A stretch of 64,000 bases of DNA from an uncultured Actinomycetes bacterium (GCA_963779685.1 CAVZZG010000003.1:1095382-1159381); one strand, 5' to 3'. Shown: positions 25,187 to 31,535, counted from the first letter of the stretch. The notes: generated by a model from the sequence alone, not told the origin. Numbers and translations are program-made.

Positions 25187-26631
25187 TCAGTCTTCGGGCT
25201 TCTCGCCGCCGTCGGCCATGCGGACGATCCGTGGCCGGAAGCGGGCGACGATCTCGACGAGATCGGTCTGGCGACCCATCACCTCGTCGATGTCCTTGTA
25301 GGCGAACGGGTTCTCGTCGATGCCGGCCGCCAGCAGCCGGACGCCCCGCTCCCGAAGCAGCGGCTGGACGTCCTTCCAGGTGAACCGCCGCCGGGCCTCG
25401 GTGCGACTCATCGCCCGGCCGGCGCCGTGGGAGGCCGACTCGAGGCTCTCGGCCGAGCCGAGACCGCGGACGACGAAGCCGGGGGCGGCCATCGAGCCCG
25501 GGATCACCCCGAGCACGCCGGCCCCGGCGGGCGTCGCGCCCTTGCGGTGCACGACCACGTCGCGGTCGTCGTGCCGCTCGCGCCAGGCGAAGTTGTGGTG
25601 GTTCTCGACCCCGGCCAGCGCCTCCGCCTTGAGCGACCGGACGACGTTGCGGTGGATCACCTCGTGGCTGGCCGCCGCGTAGTCGCCCATCAGCTCCATC
25701 GCCGCCCAGTACTCCTGGCCCGCCTCGTGATCGAGGTCGAGCCAGGCGAGGTAGGCGAGCTCCTTCGGCAGCTCCGGGTGCAGGCCGCGGGCGACCTTGG
25801 TGTAGTGGTTGGCGACGGCCGCACCAGCGCCGCGGCTGCCCGAGTGGGACAGCAGGGCGAGGTAGCGGCCGGCATCGAGGCCGAGCCCGGCCTCCGCGAG
25901 CTCGAGCTCGCCGAACTCGACGAAGTGGTTGCCGGAGCCGGACGTGCCGAGCTGGGTCGCCGCCTTGTCGCGCAACGTGCGGGTGAGCCCGGTGACGCCC
26001 CAGCATCGGCGTCCATGACCTCGTGGTCGTTCGGCCGGGCAGCCGTCGCGCCGGTGCCGAACACGGTCTGCTTCAGCAGCGCGCGCTCGAGCGTCTCCGG
26101 CGCCGTGTCGATCATCCCCGGGTCGAGGTCGAGCACCGTCAGCCTCATCCGGCAGGCGATGTCGACGCCGACGGCGTAGGGGATGACCGTGCCCTCGGTG
26201 GCGAGCACGCCGCCGATCGGCAGGCCGTAGCCGAGGTGGGCGTCCGGCATCAGCGCGCCGCGGACGGCGCTCGGCAGCCGAGCGGCGTTGCGCATCTGGT
26301 CGACGGCCAGGCGCTCGTCGGGATCGCACCAGACCGCGAAGGGCGCGGGGGCCGGCCGATCATGGAAGACCGGCTCGGTGGCCTCGGCCACGAGACGCGC
26401 CGCGACCGCGCCGAACTGGGCGTGATCGACGTTGCCGGCCGGATCGGCCAGCACGGCGCTCAGCTGATCCAGCGCCGCCTGCCGGCCGAGGCGCTTGACC
26501 GCGCCGGGCAGGATGCGCATGACGTCGCCGAACACCGGGCCCTCCGGCAGGCCGAGCGCACGGAGCTCATCGCCCCGCACTGGCCGGTTTGCCTTGCCGT
26601 CCGCCACGGACGCACGATAGGCGCGACCCAT
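25187..26631 (-). CDS. rtcB: RtcB RNA ligase with N-terminal extension (one frameshift near 26005)
   Basis: MPDAHLGYGLPIGG, VGVDIAC, LGTSGSGNHFVE, SHSGSRG, HHNFA, HRKGAT, PGSM, SHGAGR, AYKDI. Confidence 0.93.
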
Positions 26632-26656
26632 TCGAACACCTCCTTTCTGTCGTTGA

Positions 26657-26729
26657 CTCGCCCGGCTGGATTCGAACCAGCGACCCCGTCCTCCGCAAGG
26701 ACGTGCCCTCTCCACTGGGCTACGGGCGA
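26657..26729 (-). tRNA. tRNA-Arg(GCG)
   Basis: TCGCCCG/CGGGCGA acceptor; anticodon loop TT-GCG-GA; T-loop TTCGAAT. Confidence 0.88.
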
Positions 26730-26734
26730 TCGAG

Positions 26735-26808
26735 TACGCCTGGCACGATTCGAACGTGCGACCTGGTGGGCCGGAACCACCCGCTCATGTCCACTGAGCT
26801 ACAGGCGT
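26735..26808 (-). tRNA. tRNA-Arg(CCG)
   Basis: ACGCCTG/CAGGCGT acceptor; loop TT-CCG-GC. Confidence 0.9.
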
Positions 26809-26816
26809 GCGTGAGG

Positions 26817-26888
26817 TGGAGCACCAGGGATTCGAACCCCGATCCCGGGTTTAAGAGACCCTTGCTCTGGCCGTTGAGCTAGTGCTCC
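26817..26888 (-). tRNA. tRNA-Lys(CTT)
   Basis: GGAGCAC/GTGCTCC acceptor; loop CT-CTT-AA. Confidence 0.87.
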
Positions 26889-26895
26889 GTGAAGG

Positions 26896-26967
26896 CGATC
26901 CAGAAGGGATTCGAACCCTCGCCTTCCCGCTCGACAGGCGGGCGCTCTACCGTTGAGCTACTGGACC
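26896..26967 (-). tRNA. tRNA-Asp(GTC)
   Basis: GGTCCAG/CTGGATC acceptor; loop CT-GTC-GA; G73. Confidence 0.9.
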
Positions 26968-26971
26968 GGGA

Positions 26972-27043
26972 TGCTACGGGCTGGAGTCGAACCAGCGCCC
27001 TCCGGGTTTCAACCGGATGCTCTTCCTGCTGAGCTACCGCAGC
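26972..27043 (-). tRNA. tRNA-Phe(GAA)
   Basis: GCTGCGG/CCGTAGC acceptor; loop TT-GAA-AC. Confidence 0.9.
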
Positions 27044-27056
27044 GCGGGTGCCGTGA

Positions 27057-27128
27057 AGCTGCGGGCCGGGATCGAACCGGCCTCATCCGGTTGGCGGCCG
27101 GACGCTCTGCCTGATGAGCTACCGCAGC
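27057..27128 (-). tRNA. tRNA-Gly(GCC), C33
   Basis: GCTGCGG/CCGCAGC acceptor; loop CC-GCC-AA; U73. Confidence 0.85.
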
Positions 27129-27133
27129 GTGCA

Positions 27134-27206
27134 TGGCTGGAGCAGGACTCGAACCTGCGATCAACCGGTTATGAGCCGGCTGCTCTTGCCGCTGAGCCAT
27201 CCAGCC
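27134..27206 (-). tRNA. tRNA-CAT (elongator Met or Ile2)
   Basis: GGCTGGA/TCCAGCC acceptor; loop CT-CAT-AA. Confidence 0.88.
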
Positions 27207-27210
27207 GGGA

Positions 27211-27283
27211 TAGGCGACCAACGAGTCGAACGTTGCTCTCCGGCGTATCAGACCGGTGTCTTCAACCGATGGACCAGTCGCCT
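27211..27283 (-). tRNA. tRNA-Ile(GAT)
   Basis: AGGCGAC/GTCGCCT acceptor; loop CT-GAT-AC. Confidence 0.85.
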
Positions 27284-27292
27284 GGGCGGAAG

Positions 27293-27366
27293 TGGACGAG
27301 GAGGGCATCGAACCCCCGATCTCCTCTTTGTAAGAGAGGCGCTCTACCAAGCTGAACCACTCGTCC
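27293..27366 (-). tRNA. tRNA-Val(TAC)
   Basis: GGACGAG/CTCGTCC acceptor; loop CT-TAC-AA. Confidence 0.9.
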
Positions 27367-27372
27367 GTGGAG

Positions 27373-27444
27373 ATCCAGGGGGAGGGGTCGAACCTCCGCC
27401 TCCGCGTTCAGAGCGCGGCCACCTGCCATTAGTAGGACCCTGGA
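27373..27444 (-). tRNA. tRNA-Gln(CTG)
   Basis: U1-A72 acceptor TCCAGGG/CCCTGGA; loop CT-CTG-AA. Confidence 0.85.
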
Positions 27445-27515
27445 AGCCGAGTGCAGGAGTCGAACCTGCGTCTGCCGTTTACGAGACGGCAGCTCTCCCC
27501 TTGAGCTAACCCGGC
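27445..27515 (-). tRNA. tRNA-Thr(CGT)
   Basis: GCCGGGT/ACTCGGC acceptor; loop CT-CGT-AA. Confidence 0.9.
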
Positions 27516-27566
27516 GAGTCGTGTTGTCGCGTTCAGCTAGCCGGAACTCCGTTGGGAGTTCCGGCA

Positions 27567-27638
27567 TGGAGCCGAGGGGAATCGAACCCCTGACCCTCTC
27601 CTTGCGAGGGAGGTGCCCGGCCATCGGGCGACAGCCCC
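27567..27638 (-). tRNA. tRNA-Ala(CGC)
   Basis: GGGGCTG/CGGCTCC with G3:U70; loop CT-CGC-AA. Confidence 0.9.
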
Positions 27639-27652
27639 GTGCTACGGGCCGA

Positions 27653-27726
27653 GGTGGCCTGTGGGACTCGAACCCACTGACGCCGGGTTCACAACCCGGA
27701 CCCTCGTCCGCTTCGGGATAGGCCAC
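27653..27726 (-). tRNA. tRNA-His(GTG)
   Basis: GTGGCCT/AGGCCAC acceptor, C73; loop TT-GTG-AA; irregular 8/9 junction. Confidence 0.8.
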
Positions 27727-27728
27727 AG

Positions 27729-27803
27729 CTCGTACGCCAGGCCTCGAACCTGGACCCCGCCGGGTAACAGCCGGCTGCTCTACCGCGATTGAGCTACGTA
27801 CGA
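27729..27803 (-). tRNA. tRNA-Asn(GTT)
   Basis: TCGTACG/CGTACGA acceptor; loop CT-GTT-AC; G73. Confidence 0.88.
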
Positions 27804-27876
27804 CACCTGCGCAAGGATTCGAACCCTGACTTGACCGGGTTGGAGCCGGCCGTGCTCGCCGTTACACCACACAGGT
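27804..27876 (-). tRNA. tRNA-Trp(CCA)
   Basis: ACCTGTG/CGCAGGT acceptor; loop CT-CCA-AC; G73. Confidence 0.87.
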
Positions 27877-27881
27877 ACGGA

Positions 27882-27955
27882 TGACGCCCCTGGGATTCGA
27901 ACCCAGACCGATCCGGGTCTGGGCCGGATTCCTCTGCCAGTTGGGATAGAGCGCC
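27882..27955 (-). tRNA. tRNA-Leu(CAG), short variable loop, C33
   Basis: GGCGCTC/GGGCGTC acceptor; Leu-like D-loop; loop CC-CAG-AC; 5-nt variable region; A73. Confidence 0.8.
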
Positions 27956-27968
27956 GTGGAAGACGAGG

Positions 27969-28052
27969 TCGAGGGAGCGGGAGTCGAACCCGCACAGCCC
28001 GTGGGCACCGGTTTTACAGACCGCTGGGCTCGCCCGTGCCCGGTGTCCCTCG
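27969..28052 (-). tRNA. tRNA-Tyr(GTA)
   Basis: CGAGGGA/TCCCTCG acceptor; loop CT-GTA-AA; long variable arm. Confidence 0.8.
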
Positions 28053-28057
28053 ATGAA

Positions 28058-28147
28058 TGGAGGAGAGCTGGCGAGTCGAACGCCCGGGCCAGTGACCCGT
28101 CACGCCGGCTTTCGAGGCCGGTTGGCCCCCGCGGGCCGAAACTCTCC
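28058..28147 (-). tRNA. tRNA-Ser(CGA), non-canonical fold, encoded CCA
   Basis: GGAGAGTT/AGCTCTCC; loop CT-CGA-AA; long variable arm; ends TCCA. Confidence 0.8.
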
Positions 28148-28154
28148 GTGCGAG

Positions 28155-28227
28155 CGGCTCTGGCGGGAATCGAACCCGATCGTCGCGAGGTTGAGGGCCT
28201 CGCATCCTGCCATTAGACGACAGAGCC
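28155..28227 (-). tRNA. tRNA-Glu(CTC), C33
   Basis: GGCTCTG/CAGAGCC acceptor; loop CC-CTC-AA; G73. Confidence 0.83.
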
Positions 28228-28238
28228 TGGGTTGGAAT

Positions 28239-28321
28239 GCTGCGGTCGTGGGGCACGGCCCGGTGCGAGTCGGATTCGAACCGAATGAGCGCCAGATAAC
28301 CGGGCCGACTCGGCCCGCAGC
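28239..28321 (-). ncRNA. Y RNA-like gene with a T-arm only
   Basis: GCTGCGG-GCCGAG...CACGA-CCGCAGC terminal motif as in YrlA; 9-bp CGGCCCGGT/ACCGGGCCG stem; TCGG-TTCGAAT-CCGA hairpin. Confidence 0.75.
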
Positions 28322-28328
28322 GAGTGGA

Positions 28329-28402
28329 TCTGGCCGGCAGGAGTCGAACCTGCGGTCTCCGGCGCCCGAAGCCGGTGGGGTGGCCGGCTCCCCTACAGCC
28401 AG
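28329..28402 (-). tRNA. tRNA-Pro(CGG)
   Basis: C1-G72 CTGGCTG/CGGCCAG; loop TT-CGG-GC; A73. Confidence 0.9.
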
Positions 28403-28415
28403 GTAGGTGCGGAGC

Positions 28416-28490
28416 TGCGCGGTCGTGTCGTCCCGACCGGGTGTGGGTTTCGATGTGCAGTTCGAGAACCGGAAGGGTCCGGCCCGCGCA
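28416..28490 (-). ncRNA. Y RNA-like gene without tRNA-like arms
   Basis: TGCGCGG-GCCGGA...CACGA-CCGCGCA terminal motif; inner CCC/GGG and CCGG/CCGG pairing around a large loop. Confidence 0.65.
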
Positions 28491-28499
28491 TCTCCGGCA

Positions 28500-28572
28500 T
28501 GGCGCGGGCAGGAGTCGAACCTGCTCTCTCGAGCTCATGAAGCTCGCGGGATCCCCGTTTCCCCACCGCGCG
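28500..28572 (-). tRNA. initiator-like tRNA-fMet(CAT)
   Basis: CGCGCGG/CCGCGCC with C1xC72 mismatch; loop TT-CAT-GA. Confidence 0.83.
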
Positions 28573-28864
28573 TTGCGTGTGCCTCTGTCGGTCGGGCCGT
28601 TGGGCCAGACGTCCTGTTCATGCCACTCGCCCACCCTTCGACCCTGGATCGCCAAGACGGCGTCCTCCGTGGAGGGGTGCTGGAGCCCGGAGCCTCAAGA
28701 TCTGTCATGTGTCAGGGCACGCTGACGCACATCTGCCACATGACAGATGGCTATGACATCTCGAGAGGGCCTTTCTCTCTCGGGCGGGGCCTCGATGGTT
28801 GAATTGACTTCTTCAAGATGGGCGGCTCACTGGTTGGGATTGGACGAGCGACTGGTGGAGGACG

Positions 28865-28892
28865 AAAAAGGCGACCGCTTCGGGTCGCCTTC
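28865..28892 (-). terminator. intrinsic terminator (putative attenuator)
   Basis: AAGGCGACC-CGAAGC-GGTCGCC followed by TTTTT. Confidence 0.75.
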
Positions 28893-28919
28893 GCGTCGAA
28901 CCGGGATGCAGCCAGGGAT

Positions 28920-29030
28920 CTAGCGTGCATTCCTCCCGACGCGGAGGCTTGTGGGTGCGTAGGCGCGATCGAGCCACAGACTCGGTCGGCCTTCGGCAGA
29001 ACATGGATCGATTGCGTGGAACAACATCAC
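28920..29030 (-). CDS. putative leader peptide (36 aa)
   Basis: GTG ATG TTG...CGC TAG = MMLFHAIDPCSAEGRPSLWLDRAYAPTSLRVGRNAR. Starts at the predicted TSS; its 3' end overlaps the antiterminator strand. Confidence 0.5.
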   Translation of the reverse strand: MMLFHAIDPCSAEGRPSLWLDRAYAPTSLRVGRNAR

Positions 29031-29037
29031 GGGTCTC

Positions 29038-29066
29038 ACCTTACACGGTGGAGCGGACGGATGCAA
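29038..29066 (-). promoter_or_regulatory. sigma70-type promoter for the leader/tRNA array
   Basis: TTGCAT (29066-29061), 17-nt spacer, TAAGGT (29043-29038). Confidence 0.6.
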
Positions 29067-30558
29067 GTGCTACTTGACAATTCGTCGGTGCCGAACGTGA
29101 CCCCGCATACGCGTGTAGCCAACTCTCGAGCGCGAGCAACTGCCACAACTTCATCCCACGACGGCCCGTGGGGACATCCGGATCGAGGAGCCGCTCGAGG
29201 TACTCGCGCCGGATCAGACCGCGCGGCGCCAGGCCGTCCAGCAGGCGCTCGCGCGCGTAGCGGGACAGCGAACCGGTCAGCCACCCCGTGACGGGCACCC
29301 GCATGCCCGACTTGGGGCGATCGATCACCGCGTCGGGCACCAGCCCACGCGCGACCTGCTTCAGCACGTGCTTCTCCGTCGTCCCGTGGAGCCGCAACGA
29401 CGCCGGCAGTGACGCCGCGAGCTCGGCGACCGCACGGTCGAACAGCGGCGATGCGGGCACGACGCTTGCAGCCGCACCCAGGTGCTCGACCTTGGGCAGG
29501 ATGTGGCTGGCGCCCTTGAGGGTGATGTTGGCCGCCATCAGGCGGCCCACCAGCGTCGGCCACCGGTTGTCCGAGAGCATCGGTTGCAGCTCCGCCGCGA
29601 GACCGCCCGCGTGGGCGGCCAGCTCGGGCTCGAGCATCGTCTGCAGGTCCGCGTAGCAGCGGCGATGCGCGAGGAGGTAGGCCTCCGCCCGCTCCTGGCC
29701 GTACAGGTCAGCGGCCAGCATCGGCAGGTTCTTCGGTCCGCCGAAGCAGGGGTCGCCGCCCTCCCCGTTCAGCAGCACCGGCACGCCCACCTCGGCGAAG
29801 AGCCTTGCATTCGGCACGGTCAGCGGGTCGCCGTTGGGCGACGACAGCGACGCCATGGTCGAGTCGAGCCGTTCGACCACGTCGCGCGGCCCGACCTCGA
29901 CAACGTGGTGCTGTCCGCCCAGGTGGCCGGCGACGAGCCGCGCGTACTCCAGCTCGTTCGGGTACTCGGGCCCGAAGGAGAGCGACCACAGCACCGGGCG
30001 TTCCCCCTGGGCGAACGCGAGCGCCGCTACCAGACTCGAATCGATGCCGCCGGACAGGCTCGCCGCGCCGGCCCAGACGGCCCGTCGAGACACGGCACCG
30101 GCCAGGGCCTGGCGAAGCCGCGCGACCGCCTCGGGCTCTTCGATCTGCCGCTCGGCGGGGAGCGACCAGAACCGCCGGCTCGTCACGTGGCGGCCGTCGT
30201 AGACCACCTCCTCCCCGGGCCGCACCGATCGCACGCCGTCGAGCAGCGTCCGGGGCGCGGGCACGTAGCTGTAGGAGAGGTAGGCGGCGAGCGCCTCCGG
30301 ATCGATGGCGGGGTCATCCGCCAGGTCGCGCGAGCGGGTCGAGAACCGGAGACCGCCGTCAACCAGGGAGTAGAAGAGACTGCAGGCGCCGACGGCGTCG
30401 CGCGCGAGGTGGATCGTGCCCGCCGCGTCGCGCCACGCCATGGCGAAGCCACCATCCACCTCGCCGAGTGCCCCGGCGGCGATGGCCCGCTCCCACGATC
30501 GCCCCTGGCCGGGCGATGTCCACGGCTCCGTGGCGAGAAGGAGCACCTCAGCCGTCAT
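29041..30558 (-). CDS. asparagine synthetase-like ATP-dependent amide ligase
   Basis: LARDAVG, SLSGGIDSS, LNGEGGD, EKHVLK, RPKSG; no N-terminal catalytic Cys. Confidence 0.8.
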   Translation of the reverse strand: MTAEVLLLATEPWTSPGQGRSWERAIAAGALGEVDGGFAMAWRDAAGTIHLARDAVGACSLFYSLVDGGLRFSTRSRDLADDPAIDPEALAAYLSYSYVPAPRTLLDGVRSVRPGEEVVYDGRHVTSRRFWSLPAERQIEEPEAVARLRQALAGAVSRRAVWAGAASLSGGIDSSLVAALAFAQGERPVLWSLSFGPEYPNELEYARLVAGHLGGQHHVVEVGPRDVVERLDSTMASLSSPNGDPLTVPNARLFAEVGVPVLLNGEGGDPCFGGPKNLPMLAADLYGQERAEAYLLAHRRCYADLQTMLEPELAAHAGGLAAELQPMLSDNRWPTLVGRLMAANITLKGASHILPKVEHLGAAASVVPASPLFDRAVAELAASLPASLRLHGTTEKHVLKQVARGLVPDAVIDRPKSGMRVPVTGWLTGSLSRYARERLLDGLAPRGLIRREYLERLLDPDVPTGRRGMKLWQLLALESWLHAYAGSRSAPTNCQVALASVRSTV

Positions 30559-31480
30559 CGGTATCGCCACCCCAGGCGAACACCGACATGTCCCAGCCGT
30601 CGCCGCCGCCGTCGTGCACGGCGCTGCCGAATGGCGGGGGCGGAGCGAAGACCGCGCCGACGGCCGCCAGCGTGACACGCGGAGGCATCGCCGTGAGGTC
30701 GAGCCGGTTCCTCCGCAGCCACCTGCGATCGCGTCTCGTGCCCCAGTCGATCCCCGCTCCGCGCACCTCGTTGACGGCGAGCAGCCCGCGCCCGCGCCGG
30801 CGGGCCACGTCGACCGAAAGGCCGGCATCGACGACCCGCGCACGGCCGTCGAGCACCTCCCGCTGGAACCAGGCATCGTCGCCCAGGAGGCGTCGCGGGA
30901 GCCCGACTCCGGCCGTGTCGGCGTCGTGGAGGGCAACGACGGTGAGCGACTCCGACCGCCGCACCGCCGGCAGCGCGCGGGCGAAGACCGCCTCGGGGTA
31001 GCCGTCGACCGCGACGATCGGCGCCACCGTTTCCATGTGCGCGCGGTTCGCGATCAGGAAGTCGGCGGTCGTTCGCGTGTCGCAGACCACCAGGCGGTCG
31101 AAGACGGCGCCGTCGAGATCCGGAACGTCGACGGACGGCTCGTACACCGGCGCGGCGGTCAGGAGGCCCGGCGTCGCATTGCCGGCTGCGCGCCAGCGGG
31201 CGAGGTCGACGTCGAACCGGTACCGCGACACCGGCCGAAGTCGGTGGAGGGCCCGCCGTAGCCCGGACTTGAGGTAGCGCCGGCAGAGCTCGCCGTGGAG
31301 ATGACCGTCGGTGTAGCGGAGGCCGTCCGCCCCGGCCAGCGACGTCATCGCCCGCGACCACACGAGGTCGGAGACGAGATCGCCGGACTTCTTCCCGAAC
31401 ACGAACCGGTAGCCGCAACCCGCGCAGACCTCGCCTGCGAACGAGGGCCGGACGCTGTGCTGACAGGTCGGGCAGATCAT
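30548..31480 (-). CDS. Zn-ribbon protein with possible TOPRIM-like domain
   Basis: CPTC...CAGC; VDGYP; VVALHDADTAG. Confidence 0.55.
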   Translation of the reverse strand: MICPTCQHSVRPSFAGEVCAGCGYRFVFGKKSGDLVSDLVWSRAMTSLAGADGLRYTDGHLHGELCRRYLKSGLRRALHRLRPVSRYRFDVDLARWRAAGNATPGLLTAAPVYEPSVDVPDLDGAVFDRLVVCDTRTTADFLIANRAHMETVAPIVAVDGYPEAVFARALPAVRRSESLTVVALHDADTAGVGLPRRLLGDDAWFQREVLDGRARVVDAGLSVDVARRRGRGLLAVNEVRGAGIDWGTRRDRRWLRRNRLDLTAMPPRVTLAAVGAVFAPPPPFGSAVHDGGGDGWDMSVFAWGGDTDDG

Positions 31481-31512
31481 GAACGCGACGCTACCGCGAC
31501 GTCGCTCGGCCC

Positions 31513-31535
31513 GCCTCGGGAACGTTCCCGGTCTT
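31513..31535 (-). promoter_or_regulatory. palindromic operator-like site, copy A
   Basis: AAGACCGGGAACGTTCCCGAGGC; 21/23 identical to 36706-36728. Confidence 0.55.

Noticed and set aside
28058-28147. Selenocysteine tRNA (selC)
   Set aside because: The anticodon is CGA, not TCA, and no sel genes are nearby.
26650-28580. CRISPR array suggested by recurring TCGAACC at about 75-80 bp spacing
   Set aside because: The recurrences are tRNA T-loops; each unit folds as a distinct cloverleaf and no cas genes are present.
26460-28802. Short ORFs in the track across the array
   Set aside because: They overlap tRNA and Y RNA genes and have no protein motifs.
23330-29100. Prophage or ICE as carrier of the tRNA array
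   Set aside because: No integrase, phage structural or conjugation genes recognised and no att repeats seen in the window.
29074-29105. Plus-strand promoter from a perfect TTGACA
   Set aside because: No -10 box at the proper spacing and no plus-strand gene downstream.
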